Shown: positions 27,642 to 37,459 of the stretch, one piece after another
How the letters are laid out: each line of letters begins with the position of its first letter
Numbering within the stretch: position 1 is the first letter of the stretch
Assembly: GCA_003563455.1 (NCBI GenBank)
Contig: PWRV01000248.1
Location: 1 to 37,459 of the forward strand
Direction of reading: 5' to 3'
DNA length: 37,459 nucleotides
DNA from: Thioalkalivibrio sp.
GTDB lineage: Bacteria; Pseudomonadota; Gammaproteobacteria; Ectothiorhodospirales; Ectothiorhodospiraceae
The notes under the pieces: generated by a model
The model's input: the letters and a program-made list of their open reading frames with translations, nothing else
The model's database searches: none
Told to the model about the DNA's origin: nothing
Position numbers and translations under genes: made by a program

Positions 27642-29347
27642 AACGCGAGGTCAGCCACTGGCGCCTGAAGGTGCTCGTGGCGGCGCTGCTCGTGTTCACC
27701 GCGATGCTGGTGCTCCGGGCGATGGATCTGCAGGTGCTCAAGCAGGAATTCCTGCAGGGTCAGGGCGAAGCGCGTCAGGTCCGCACCATCGTGGAGCCGG
27801 CGCATCGGGGGATGATTACCGACCGCAACGGCGAGCCCCTGGCGATCTCGGGTCCGGTGGAGACCGTCTGGGCGCATCCGGGCGAGCTGCTGGGTGCGGC
27901 GGAAAGGCTGCCCGATCTGGCGCGGGTGCTGGAGCTCGAGCCTGCGGTGCTCCGGGCCCGAGTCGAGACACGGGCCGACCGAGAGTTCGTCTACCTCAGG
28001 CGTCATCTGCCTCCGGAGCAGGCGCGGCAGGTCACCGCGCTGGGTGTGCCCGGCGTCGCGCTGATGCGGGAATTCCGCCGCTACTATCCGCACGGCGAGG
28101 CCGCGGCACACATCGTCGGATTCACCGACATCGACGAGCGTGGCCAGGAGGGAATGGAACTGGCATTCGATGGCTGGCTCTCCGGAACGCCTGGTGCGAA
28201 ACGGGTGCTCCGCGACAGTCACGGGCAGAAGATCCGGGACGTCGCCGCGATCCGCGCGGCCCGCGATGGTCACGACCTGCGTCTCACCATCGACCAGCGT
28301 CTGCAGTATCTCGCCTATCGCGAACTGAAGGCCGCGGTGCAGGCACACGAGGCGCGCGGCGGTTCGGCGGTGCTGATCGACGCGCTCAGTGGCGACATTC
28401 TCGCGCTGGTGAACCAGCCGGGTTTCAACCCGAACAACCGGGTGCGGCTGGATCTGTCACTGACCCGGAACCGCGCCGTCACCGACACCCTGGAGCCGGG
28501 TTCGGTGATCAAGCCGTTCACTGTCGCCGCGGCGCTGGAGACCGGTACCGTGAGCCCGGACGCGGAACTCGACACGGCGCCGGGCACGATGCGGGTCGGC
28601 CGGCATACGGTGCGCGACATCCGGGACTTTGGCCGCATCAACCTGACCACACTGATTTCACGGTCCTCGAACGTCGGTTCCACGCAGCTCGCGCTGGAGA
28701 CGCCTCCGGGCGACTTCTGGCGCATGCTGCACCGGGCCGGATTCGGGCGACAGCTGGAAACCGGGCTGCCGGGCGAGGCCGGTGGGCTGCTGCGGGACTT
28801 CCCGACCTGGCGCCGCGTCGAGCAGGCCACCCTCGGGTATGGCTACGGGCTCGCGGTGACGCCGCTCCACCTCGCCGCCGCCTACACCGCCTTTGCCAAC
28901 GACGGACGGCGCATACCGCTGCGGCTGGTGGAGACGGCCGGTGACGAACGTGTTCCCGAGCCCGTGATGAGCCGCGACACCGCACGGCAGGTCCTGGCAA
29001 TGATGGAGCACGTGACCGGTTCAGAAGGGACCGCGCGCCAGGCGGCGATCCCGGGCTACCGGGTCGCCGGCAAGACCGGTACCAGCCGCAAGGCCATTGC
29101 CGGCGGCTACGCCTCGGATCGCTACTACTCCTCCTTTGTTGGCATGGCCCCGGTCTCGAATCCGCGCTTCGTGATGGTGGTGGTGATCGACGAGCCGGAC
29201 GCCGGCGTCTACTACGGCGGTGCGGTGGCGGCTCCCGTGTTCGCGACCGTCGTGGAGCGCGCGCTGCGGCTGTTCAACGTGCCGCCGGACCGGCTCGGGG
29301 TGCAGGAACTGCGCATGGCGCAGGAGCAGGGGGGGCCGCGGTCGTGA
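27629..29347 (+). CDS. ftsI: Peptidoglycan D,D-transpeptidase FtsI (PBP3)
   Basis: RGMITDRNG, EPGSVIK (SxxK), SSN (SxN), KTGT; GGAGG SD before ATG 27629. Confidence 0.96.
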   Translation: MGALKREVSHWRLKVLVAALLVFTAMLVLRAMDLQVLKQEFLQGQGEARQVRTIVEPAHRGMITDRNGEPLAISGPVETVWAHPGELLGAAERLPDLARVLELEPAVLRARVETRADREFVYLRRHLPPEQARQVTALGVPGVALMREFRRYYPHGEAAAHIVGFTDIDERGQEGMELAFDGWLSGTPGAKRVLRDSHGQKIRDVAAIRAARDGHDLRLTIDQRLQYLAYRELKAAVQAHEARGGSAVLIDALSGDILALVNQPGFNPNNRVRLDLSLTRNRAVTDTLEPGSVIKPFTVAAALETGTVSPDAELDTAPGTMRVGRHTVRDIRDFGRINLTTLISRSSNVGSTQLALETPPGDFWRMLHRAGFGRQLETGLPGEAGGLLRDFPTWRRVEQATLGYGYGLAVTPLHLAAAYTAFANDGRRIPLRLVETAGDERVPEPVMSRDTARQVLAMMEHVTGSEGTARQAAIPGYRVAGKTGTSRKAIAGGYASDRYYSSFVGMAPVSNPRFVMVVVIDEPDAGVYYGGAVAAPVFATVVERALRLFNVPPDRLGVQELRMAQEQGGPRS

Positions 29348-30846
29348 CCGGCGCCGAGCTGCCGCTCTCGCGCCTGCTGCCCGGGCGCCGCGACCTGCCG
29401 GAGATACGGGTGCGGGGCCTGTCAATGAGCAGTCGCGACCTGTTGCCCGGTTCGGCCTTCGTCGCATTGCGCGGCACGCGGGCGCATGGCCTGGAGTTTG
29501 CCGCCGATGCGCTCCGGAGGGGCGCGGTGGCGGTGCTGTGGGACGAGGAGCCGGGTTTCGAGGGCTCGCAGTCCGGGGACCCGCGATTCGTGCAGGTGTC
29601 CGGCCTGCGCGGGCGACTGCCCGAACTGGCGCGTCGGCTCTTCGGCGGCTGGCCCGAGCACAGACCACTGATCGCGATCACCGGCACGGATGGGAAAACC
29701 TCCGTCAGCCACCAGGTCAGCAGCGCGCTCGCCGGGCTGGGCGTGCGCTGCGCGGTGATCGGAACGCTGGGCGCCGGCTCTCCGGATACCCTTGCGCCGA
29801 CGGCGCACACGACGCCCGACGTGCTGCAATTGCACCGGCTCCTCGCGCAAATGGCCCACGACGGGTATGACGCGGTGGCACTGGAAGCGTCCTCCCACGC
29901 GCTGGTCCAGGGGCGGCTGGAGGGCTTGCGCCCCACGGTTGCGGTGCTGACCCATCTGGGCCGCGATCACCTTGACTACCACGGGTCGATGGAGGCCTAC
30001 GGCGAGGCGAAGGCGCGGCTGTTCCGGATGCCCGGGCTGCGCGCGGCAGTGCTCAACGCCGACGATGCCCTGGGCCGCCGCCTGCTGGCCGAGATCGGGC
30101 GGGATCCGGCAGGGGTTGCAAGCTGCTGGAGCTACGGCACGGGTCCCGCCCCCGGAGCGGCGGAGCGGCACGTCCGGGCAGAGCAGATCACCGCCAGTGG
30201 CGACGGCCTCGCCTTCGATGTGGCCGTCGGGTCCGCACGCGGGCGGGTGCAGGCGCCATTGCTTGGAACCTTTCAGGTGGCGAATCTGCTGGCCGCGCTG
30301 GGCACCCTGCTGGCGCTCGGGCACCCGCCGGGACCTGCCATCCGCGCGCTGAACGGCGTGCGGGGCGTGCCGGGACGGATGGAGCGGTTCACGGTCCCCG
30401 GTGGCCCGGTCCTGGTCGTCGACTACGCGCACACCGCGCTCGCGCTGGAGTCCGCGCTGCGGGCGCTGCGGCCCCATACCGAGGGGCGCCTGCGGGTGGT
30501 CTTCGGCTGCGGTGGTAACCGCGATCCCGGCAAGCGCCCGATGATGGGCGAGGTCGCCAGTCGGCTCGCCGACGAGGTGATCGTCACCGATGACAACCCG
30601 CGCGACGAAGACCCGGCCGCGATTCGGCGGGCGGTCCTCGGAGGCTGCGTCGGGCCTGCGACGGTGCGCGAAATCGGTTCGCGGGCCGCAGCCATCGAAA
30701 CGGCGGCGGCCGAGTCCTGTGCCGGTGACGTCGTGCTGATCGCGGGAAAGGGACACGAGGCGACGCAGACCGCGGCCGGGGTCGAGCTGCCATTCAGCGA
30801 CCGCGAGACGGCACGGCGGCTCGCGGCGGGGGGTGGCGGCGCATGA
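29344..30846 (+). CDS. murE: UDP-MurNAc-tripeptide synthetase (meso-DAP-adding)
   Basis: TGTDGKTS P-loop, EASSH, DHLDYH, VDYAHT, DNPR DAP-specificity motif, AGKGHE. Confidence 0.96.
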   Translation: MTGAELPLSRLLPGRRDLPEIRVRGLSMSSRDLLPGSAFVALRGTRAHGLEFAADALRRGAVAVLWDEEPGFEGSQSGDPRFVQVSGLRGRLPELARRLFGGWPEHRPLIAITGTDGKTSVSHQVSSALAGLGVRCAVIGTLGAGSPDTLAPTAHTTPDVLQLHRLLAQMAHDGYDAVALEASSHALVQGRLEGLRPTVAVLTHLGRDHLDYHGSMEAYGEAKARLFRMPGLRAAVLNADDALGRRLLAEIGRDPAGVASCWSYGTGPAPGAAERHVRAEQITASGDGLAFDVAVGSARGRVQAPLLGTFQVANLLAALGTLLALGHPPGPAIRALNGVRGVPGRMERFTVPGGPVLVVDYAHTALALESALRALRPHTEGRLRVVFGCGGNRDPGKRPMMGEVASRLADEVIVTDDNPRDEDPAAIRRAVLGGCVGPATVREIGSRAAAIETAAAESCAGDVVLIAGKGHEATQTAAGVELPFSDRETARRLAAGGGGA

Positions 30847-32219
30847 TCGAGCTCCGTACCGGAGAGCTGGCCCGGGTGGTCGGCGGCGAGCTGCACGGGC
30901 CGGACGACGTCCGGATCGTCGGTGTCAGCCGGGATTCCCGCGAGCACAGACCGCAGGCCCTGTTCGTCGCGCTGCGTGGCGAGCGGTTTGACGGCCACGA
31001 CTTCATCGGTCCGGAACTCGCGGCGGCGGCCCTGCTGGTCGAGCGGGCGCTGGATGACCCGCGGCCACGGATCGTGGTCGACGACACTCTCGCCGCCCTC
31101 GCCCGCCTTGCGAGCTTCTGGCGCGCGCGCTGCCGGGCCCGGGTGCTGGCGCTGACCGGATCCAACGGCAAGACCACGACCCGGGAGATGCTCCGCGGAA
31201 TCCTGTCCCGGATCGGTCGGGTGCACGCGACCGAAGGCAACCTCAACAATCACATCGGGGTGCCCCTGACCCTGCTCGCGATGCCGGTGGACGCCGAGTT
31301 TGCGGTGATCGAGATGGGGGCCAATCACGTCGGCGAGATCGCCCTGCTGACGCAGTGGACGCGACCGGATGTGGCCATGATCACCAACGCCGGCCGTGCC
31401 CATCTCGAAGGATTCGGCAGCCTCGAGGGCGTGGCGCGGGGGAAGGGCGAGATCTACCAGGGCCTGTCCGCGAACAGCGGCACGGCCGTGATCAATCTGG
31501 ATGACCGCTTTGCCGATTACTGGTTGTCCCTGAACCGGCACCGTCGGTGCATCGGCTTCTCGCTGCAGGGGCTCGGCGAGGTACAGGGGGGGTGGCAGCA
31601 CCCGGACCGGCTCGAGCTGTTCGTGCAGGGGACGCGGCGCGAGCTGACCCTCGCCGCGCCCGGTCGACACATCGCCCAGAACGCGCTGGCCGCGGCTGCG
31701 GCCGCGAGCGCGGTGGGCTGCACCGTCGACGACATCGCCCGCGGTCTGGAGGACTGGCAGCCCGTCGCGGGGCGCATGCGCGTCTTCGCGGAGGCCTCCG
31801 GGGCCCGGGTCTGGGACGACACCTACAACGCGAATCCGGAGAGCCTCGTCGCCGCGCTGCAGGTGCTCGCCGCGGAGCCGGGAGAGACGGTGCTGGTCCT
31901 CGGCGACATGAGCGAGCTGGGCGACGGAGCCCGGGAAATGCACGCGGAGATGGGCCGCAAGGCCCGGGAACTGGGCGTGCGCCGGCTGCTCACGCTGGGC
32001 GGTCTGACTCCCGCGGCGGTGGAGGCCTTCGGCTCGGAAGGCGAGTGGTTCGGGAGTCACGCGGACCTCGCGGTGGCACTGCGCGCACGCCTCCGGTCCG
32101 GGGTGACCGTGCTGATCAAGGGTTCGCGCAGTCAGCATATGGAGGACGTGCTTGCCGCGTTCGAGCTGGAGGAGGCGGGAGCAAAGGGGGGGGCGACCGA
32201 TGTTGCTGGCTCTCGCTGA
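30843..32219 (+). CDS. murF: UDP-MurNAc-tripeptide--D-Ala-D-Ala ligase
   Basis: [35 protein letters not shown]. Confidence 0.96.
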   Translation: MIELRTGELARVVGGELHGPDDVRIVGVSRDSREHRPQALFVALRGERFDGHDFIGPELAAAALLVERALDDPRPRIVVDDTLAALARLASFWRARCRARVLALTGSNGKTTTREMLRGILSRIGRVHATEGNLNNHIGVPLTLLAMPVDAEFAVIEMGANHVGEIALLTQWTRPDVAMITNAGRAHLEGFGSLEGVARGKGEIYQGLSANSGTAVINLDDRFADYWLSLNRHRRCIGFSLQGLGEVQGGWQHPDRLELFVQGTRRELTLAAPGRHIAQNALAAAAAASAVGCTVDDIARGLEDWQPVAGRMRVFAEASGARVWDDTYNANPESLVAALQVLAAEPGETVLVLGDMSELGDGAREMHAEMGRKARELGVRRLLTLGGLTPAAVEAFGSEGEWFGSHADLAVALRARLRSGVTVLIKGSRSQHMEDVLAAFELEEAGAKGGATDVAGSR

Positions 32220-33285
32220 CTGGCTCGCCCAGTACCACCGCGGGTTCACCGTGTTCCAGTACCTGACCCTGCGCGCGATCCTCGGCGTGGTGACGGCACT
32301 GATCATCGCGCTGCTGGTTGGACCGGCGATGATCCGGCGTCTGACCATCCAGAAAATCGGGCAGCAGATCCGCAGTGACGGCCCGGAGTCCCACCTGTCC
32401 AAGGCGGGCACGCCGACCATGGGCGGGGCGCTGATCCTGGTTGCCGTCGCCGTCGCCACGATCCTCTGGAGCGACCTGAGCAACCGTTTCGTCTGGATCC
32501 TGCTGCTCACCACCCTCGCCTTCGGCGGGCTCGGTGCATGGGACGACTACCTGAAGCTGCGCTACGGAAACAGCCAGGGGCTGAGTGCGCGCGTGAAGTT
32601 CGCCTGGCAGACGGTGTTCGCGCTCGTGGCCGCACTGGTGATCGTGCTGACCGCGCAATCGCCGGTCGAGACCACCTTCTTCGTGCCGGTATTCAAGGAC
32701 GTGCAGATCCACCTCGCCTGGTGGCTCTTCATACCGCTCGTGTGGCTGGTGGTCGTGGGGTCATCGAACGCGGTGAACCTGACCGACGGGCTCGACGGGC
32801 TGGCGATCATGCCCGCGGTGCTGGTGGCCGGCGCGCTCGGCGTATTCGCCTACGCGGCCGGGCACGCGGTGTTCGCCGAGTACCTCGGCATCCCCGCGGT
32901 GCCCGGTGTTGGCGAACTGGTCGTCTTTACGGGCGCGCTGGTCGGCGCGGGACTGGGATTTCTCTGGTTCAACGCCTATCCCGCGCAGGTGTTCATGGGG
33001 GACGTCGGAGCGCTGGCCCTGGGTGCTGCGCTGGGCATGCTCGCGATCCTGAGCCGCCAGGAGATCGTGTTGCTGATCATGGGCGGCGTCTTCGTGATCG
33101 AGACCGTTTCGGTGATGCTGCAGGTGGCGTCCTACCGGCTCACGGGGCGTCGCATGTTCCGCATGGCGCCCATCCACCACCACTTCGAACTCAAGGGCTG
33201 GCCGGAACCGCGGGTCATCGTGCGCTTCTGGATACTGACCGTGGTGTTCGTGCTGATCGGGCTGGCAACCCTGAAGATCCGATGA
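32200..33285 (+). CDS. mraY: Phospho-N-acetylmuramoyl-pentapeptide transferase
   Basis: [39 protein letters not shown]. Confidence 0.98.
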   Translation: MLLALADWLAQYHRGFTVFQYLTLRAILGVVTALIIALLVGPAMIRRLTIQKIGQQIRSDGPESHLSKAGTPTMGGALILVAVAVATILWSDLSNRFVWILLLTTLAFGGLGAWDDYLKLRYGNSQGLSARVKFAWQTVFALVAALVIVLTAQSPVETTFFVPVFKDVQIHLAWWLFIPLVWLVVVGSSNAVNLTDGLDGLAIMPAVLVAGALGVFAYAAGHAVFAEYLGIPAVPGVGELVVFTGALVGAGLGFLWFNAYPAQVFMGDVGALALGAALGMLAILSRQEIVLLIMGGVFVIETVSVMLQVASYRLTGRRMFRMAPIHHHFELKGWPEPRVIVRFWILTVVFVLIGLATLKIR

Positions 33286-34625
33286 GCGACGCGGCCACCA
33301 TCATGCAACGGGACACGCTGGTCGTCGGGCTGGGTGCGACGGGCCTGTCGGTCGCCCGCCATCTGGCGCGCCGGGGCGAGGCCTTCGCGATCACCGACAC
33401 GCGCGAAGCGCCGGCGGGACTGGCGCGGCTCGCAGAGATCCCGGGCGCGGAGACCTGCTGGGCCGGTCCGCTCGCGGCACTGGATCCGGGGCTTTGGCGG
33501 CGCCTGATCGTCTCGCCCGGGGTGCCGGTGGCGCTGCCGGCGCTGGAACGCGCCGCGGCTGCGGGCACCGAGATCCTGGGGGACATCGAACTCTTCGCCC
33601 GCGCGGTCCGGCAACCGGTGCTCGGCATCACCGGTTCCAACGGCAAGAGCACCGTCACCGCGCTGTCGGGTGCACTGCTCGAGGCGCCGGGCCGCCGGGT
33701 CGCGGTGGGCGGAAACTTCGGCACGCCGGCTCTGGATCTCCTCGACCGGGATGCGGAACTCTACGTGCTGGAACTATCGAGCTTCCAGCTCGAGACCACA
33801 CACAGCCTGGCCCCCGCCAGCGCGGCGATCCTGAACATCTCCGCCGACCATCTCGACCGCTATGCGGACCTGGAGGCCTATGCCGACGCCAAGGCGCGGA
33901 TCCTGGAGGGCGCGCAACGCATCGTGCTGAACCGGCAGGATCCGGTCGTCGCCGGTCTTGCGGCCGGCCGCGATGCGGTGACCTTCGGTCTGGATGAGCC
34001 GGCGGGTCCGGAGGACTTCGGCCTGCTGGAGGTTGGAGGACAGACCTGGCTCGCGCGTGGCGCCACGCCCCTGTTCCGCACCGCGGACCTGTCCCTGCAC
34101 GGTCGTCACAACTGGCTCAACGCGCTCGCGGCGCTGGCGCTGTGCTGGCCCTGGCTCGAGGATCCTGCGCACTGGCAGACCGCGCTGGCGAACTTCACCG
34201 GGCTGGCGCACCGCTCCCGGCCGGTCGCCCGGCACGGTGGCGTGGAATTCGTCGACGACTCCAAGGGTACCAACGTCGGTGCCACGCTGGCGGCCATCCG
34301 CGGCGTCGCCGGTCCGCTGATCCTGATCGCGGGTGGCCAGGGCAAGGGACAGGATTTCGTCCCACTGGCGGACGCGCTGGTCGGCAAGGCGCGCGGGGTG
34401 GTGCTGCTCGGCGCCGACGCCCCGGTGATCGCGCAGGCCCTCAACGGCTCGGTTCCGGTGCGGATCGTCGACGGGATGGAGGAAGCGGTGGCGGCCGCAG
34501 CCGCCTGGGCGGAGCCCGGCGATACCGTGCTGCTGTCTCCCGCCTGCGCAAGCCTGGACATGTTCGCGAGCTATGCGGAGCGCGGCGAGCGTTTCGCTGT
34601 CGCTGTGCGGGGACTGGGATCATGA
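33282..34625 (+). CDS. murD: UDP-MurNAc-L-Ala--D-Glu ligase
   Basis: [50 protein letters not shown]; ATGA overlap with mraY. Confidence 0.97.
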   Translation: MSDAATIMQRDTLVVGLGATGLSVARHLARRGEAFAITDTREAPAGLARLAEIPGAETCWAGPLAALDPGLWRRLIVSPGVPVALPALERAAAAGTEILGDIELFARAVRQPVLGITGSNGKSTVTALSGALLEAPGRRVAVGGNFGTPALDLLDRDAELYVLELSSFQLETTHSLAPASAAILNISADHLDRYADLEAYADAKARILEGAQRIVLNRQDPVVAGLAAGRDAVTFGLDEPAGPEDFGLLEVGGQTWLARGATPLFRTADLSLHGRHNWLNALAALALCWPWLEDPAHWQTALANFTGLAHRSRPVARHGGVEFVDDSKGTNVGATLAAIRGVAGPLILIAGGQGKGQDFVPLADALVGKARGVVLLGADAPVIAQALNGSVPVRIVDGMEEAVAAAAAWAEPGDTVLLSPACASLDMFASYAERGERFAVAVRGLGS

Positions 34626-35794
34626 TCCGCGATCTGCCGATCCCGCGCTTCACCACCGCGCGCCTGGCGGCGGGGCTGGATGCGCCGCTGCTGCTCGCCG
34701 TGTCTGCGTTGCTTGCCCTCGGGCTGGTGATGGTGGCGTCCTCGTCGATGGAACTCGCCGGGCGCAACTTCGGCAACCCCTATCACTTCTTTCATCGCCA
34801 GCTGCTGTTCGCGGTGCTCGGCCTCGGCGCTGCGCTGTTCTTCCTGGCCGTGCCCCTGCGCCGCTGGGAAAGCGCCGGCCCGCTCCTGCTTTTGCTGATC
34901 ATGCTGCTGCTGATCGCGGTCCTGTTACCCGGGGTCGGGCGCACGGTGAACGGGGCGACGCGCTGGATTCCCCTGGGCGTCTTCAATCTCCAGGTCTCGG
35001 AGCCGGTGAAGCTGATGGTGGTGCTCTACCTCTCCGGCTACATCGTGCGCCACTATTCCAACCTGCGGCTGCATTTCGTCGGTTTCGTGCGTCCGCTGAT
35101 CGTGCTCGGGCTCGGCACGGTGTTGCTGCTGCTGCAGCCGGACTTCGGCGGCGCGGCGATCATGCTGGCGATCGGCATGGGGATGCTGTTTCTTGCCGGC
35201 GCGAAGCTCTGGCAGTTTCTGGCGCTCGGCGCGACCATTTCCGGCGCGATGGCGGTGATCGCGGTCGCGACGCCCTACCGGGTCGCGCGCCTGACCGCCT
35301 TCCTCGATCCCTGGCAGGACCCCTTCGCGTCCGGCTTCCAGCTGACCCAGTCGCTCATCGCGATCGGGTCCGGTTCCTGGCTGGGCGCAGGCCTCGGAAG
35401 CAGCGTGCAGAAACTCTTCTATCTGCCGGAGGCCCACAACGACTTTCTGTTTGCGGTCTTTGCCGAGGAATTCGGGTTTGTGGGCGTGGTGGTCCTGATC
35501 GCGCTGTTCATGCTGCTGGTCTGGCGGGCCTTCCGGATCGGTGTGCTCGCGGAACGCGGAGGGCATGCATTCGGCTCCCACGTCGCCTTCGGCATCGGTA
35601 TCTGGATCGGGCTGCAGGCGGCCGTGAATCTTGCCGTGAACATGGGGCTGCTGCCGACGAAGGGGCTGACGCTCCCATTGCTGAGTTACGGGGGCAGTTC
35701 ACTGATCGTGACGCTCGCGGCCATTGGCCTGTTGCTGCGCGTGAACTGGGAGGCACAGGTGCCGGTGCCCCGGATCCGGAGGGGTGGGCGATGA
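34622..35794 (+). CDS. ftsW: Peptidoglycan glycosyltransferase FtsW (SEDS)
   Basis: NGATRWI, QPDFG, GFQLTQSL, YLPEAHNDF, PTKGLTLPLLSYGGSS. Confidence 0.97.
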   Translation: MIRDLPIPRFTTARLAAGLDAPLLLAVSALLALGLVMVASSSMELAGRNFGNPYHFFHRQLLFAVLGLGAALFFLAVPLRRWESAGPLLLLLIMLLLIAVLLPGVGRTVNGATRWIPLGVFNLQVSEPVKLMVVLYLSGYIVRHYSNLRLHFVGFVRPLIVLGLGTVLLLLQPDFGGAAIMLAIGMGMLFLAGAKLWQFLALGATISGAMAVIAVATPYRVARLTAFLDPWQDPFASGFQLTQSLIAIGSGSWLGAGLGSSVQKLFYLPEAHNDFLFAVFAEEFGFVGVVVLIALFMLLVWRAFRIGVLAERGGHAFGSHVAFGIGIWIGLQAAVNLAVNMGLLPTKGLTLPLLSYGGSSLIVTLAAIGLLLRVNWEAQVPVPRIRRGGR

Positions 35795-36894
35795 CTGCGG
35801 CAGCACTCCACGTGCTGGTAATGGCGGGCGGGACCGGCGGCCACGTGTTTCCGGGGCTCGCGGTGGCCTCGGCGCTGCGCGGCCATGGCTGCCGGGTCTC
35901 CTGGCTGGGGAGCGCGCGGGGGATGGAGACGACCCTGGTGCCCGAGGCGGGTCTCGACCTCTTCACCCTGCCCGTCACCGGGCTGCGCGGCAAGAGTCTG
36001 CTGAGCCGGCTGTTTGCACCGTGGCGGCTGGGCATCTCGCTGTGGTCGGCGCTGGGACTGATGCTGCGCCTGCGTCCCGACGTGGTGGTCGGATTCGGCG
36101 GTTTCGCCTCCGGACCGGGCGGGCTGATGGCATCGGCCCTTGGGCGACCGCTGCTGGTGCACGAGCAGAACGCCGTCGCCGGGCTCACCAACCGATGGCT
36201 CGCCCGCATCGCGGACCAGGTCTTCGCCGCGTTTCCGGACAGCTTTCCCGAGTCGGTCGGTTGCCGGACCATCGGCAACCCGATCCGGCGCGAGATCGCG
36301 GAGATCCCTCCGCCCGCAGCCCGCTGGAACGGGCGCGCCGGACCGCTGCGCCTGCTGGTGCTCGGTGGCAGCCTCGGCGCACTGAAACTGAACGAGGCGG
36401 TCCCGGCGGCACTGGGCACCCTGGCACCGGATGCGCGGCCGGTGGTCAGGCACCAGGCGGGAGAACGCACCCTGGACACGGCACAGGAGGCCTACCGGGC
36501 CGCCGGTGTGGATGCCGAGATCACCGCGTTCATTGCGGACATGGCGGCGGCCTATGCCTGGGCCGACCTGGTGATCTGCCGGGCTGGTGCACTCACCGTT
36601 TCCGAGGTGGCGGCCGCCGGCGTCGCGGCCGTGTTCGTTCCCTATCCGCACGCGGTCGACGATCACCAGACCGCCAACGCGCGCTTGCTGGTCAGCGCCG
36701 GCGCGGCCTGGTCCATCCCGGATCCCGATCTCGACGCCGGACGCCTCGGGGAGCTGCTGGCCACATTCGACCGTGAAGGGCTGCTGGACCGTGCGGAGCG
36801 GGCCCGTGCCGCGGCCATGACCGATGCCGCGGAGCGGCTTGCCGAGGCCTGCATCGCGGCGGTTCCGGCGCGTTCGCGGAGGAAGACCCGGTGA
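35791..36894 (+). CDS. murG: Lipid II GlcNAc transferase
   Basis: [41 protein letters not shown]. Confidence 0.97.
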   Translation: MTAAALHVLVMAGGTGGHVFPGLAVASALRGHGCRVSWLGSARGMETTLVPEAGLDLFTLPVTGLRGKSLLSRLFAPWRLGISLWSALGLMLRLRPDVVVGFGGFASGPGGLMASALGRPLLVHEQNAVAGLTNRWLARIADQVFAAFPDSFPESVGCRTIGNPIRREIAEIPPPAARWNGRAGPLRLLVLGGSLGALKLNEAVPAALGTLAPDARPVVRHQAGERTLDTAQEAYRAAGVDAEITAFIADMAAAYAWADLVICRAGALTVSEVAAAGVAAVFVPYPHAVDDHQTANARLLVSAGAAWSIPDPDLDAGRLGELLATFDREGLLDRAERARAAAMTDAAERLAEACIAAVPARSRRKTR

Positions 36895-37459
36895 CCGGCC
36901 CGAACGCATCCCGCCAGGCCATGCGCCGGATCCGCCGGATCCACTGCGTCGGCATCGGTGGCTCCGGGATGGGCGGCATCGCCGAGGTGCTGCACCAGCT
37001 GGGCTACCAGGTCTCCGGCTCCGACCTGCAGCAGTCCGCCGTGACCCGCCGTCTCGAGGGGCTGGGGATCCCGATCAGCCAGAGCCATGCCGCCGACCAT
37101 GTCGCGGACGCGGACGTGCTGGTCGTGTCCAGCGCGATCGACCCGGCCAACCCCGAGGTTGCGGCTGCGCGGGCACGCGCGATCCCGATCGTCCGCCGTG
37201 CCGAGATGCTGGCCGAGTTGATGCGTTTCCGCTTCGGCATCGCCGTGGCCGGTACGCATGGCAAGACGACCACCACCAGCCTGATCGCCAGCGTCCTGGG
37301 CGAAGGCGGTCTTGACCCGACCTTCGTGATCGGGGGGCGGCTGAACAGCACCGCCAGCCACTCCAGTCTCGGCCAGAGCGAGTACCTGGTCGCGGAGGCG
37401 GACGAGAGCGACGCATCGTTCCTGCACCTGCAACCGATGATCAGCGTGGTCACCAACAT
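36891..37459 (+). CDS. murC: UDP-MurNAc--L-alanine ligase (5' part; runs off the window end)
   Basis: Manual translation from GTG 36891: ...[24 protein letters not shown]...[12 protein letters not shown]...[10 protein letters not shown]...EADESD. Not in the ORF track because there is no stop within the window. Confidence 0.96.
   Translation, partial: MTGPNASRQAMRRIRRIHCVGIGGSGMGGIAEVLHQLGYQVSGSDLQQSAVTRRLEGLGIPISQSHAADHVADADVLVVSSAIDPANPEVAAARARAIPIVRRAEMLAELMRFRFGIAVAGTHGKTTTTSLIASVLGEGGLDPTFVIGGRLNSTASHSSLGQSEYLVAEADESDASFLHLQPMISVVTN

Noticed and set aside
32186-32193. G8 homopolymer at the murF/mraY junction as a phase-variation tract
   Set aside because: Short run in high-GC DNA at the mraY ribosome-binding position between essential genes; both reading frames are intact.
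32538-36894. Apparent long or fused ORFs (695 aa, 550 aa, 773 aa)
   Set aside because: These are upstream open-frame extensions; the real murD, ftsW and murG starts lie at ATGA overlaps (33282, 34622, 35791).

Overview
High-GC gammaproteobacterial core-genome window. Gene order and protein style suggest Ectothiorhodospiraceae/Thioalkalivibrio-like origin (inference, not verified). It contains: rpoN (partial)-lptB-lptA-lptC-kdsC-kdsD on the minus strand; a DUF72-like hypothetical gene; mlaFEDCB; murA-hisG-[class I DAHP synthase]-hisD-hisC; degS; a Nif3-like gene; petABC; sspA-sspB; a GlcD-like FAD oxidase-yraN-lpoA unit on the minus strand; rsmI; rnpB; and the dcw cluster from mraZ to murC (partial). 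I see no transposase, phage, CRISPR or defence genes, and no convincing novel multi-gene system. The most interesting signals are non-coding. (1) A 164-bp CTAG-bounded MITE-like element sits on the petC stop codon; its 29-bp terminal inverted repeat mismatches are all G-U wobbles, and its core resembles ERIC. (2) A 79-bp inverted array of three 10-nt-phased CACGGAT units lies upstream of mlaF. (3) A degenerate CCCTCTCCC-type palindromic repeat lies before hisD. (4) A second, inverted MraZ-box-like array lies at the rnpB 3' end. Protein-level oddities are a CxxC motif in SspA, a cytochrome b with two extra hydrophobic segments, and a CGCHGS Rieske box. Many start codons were re-called from the supplied ORF track using overlaps and family length. 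All family assignments come from motif recognition and synteny, with no database search.
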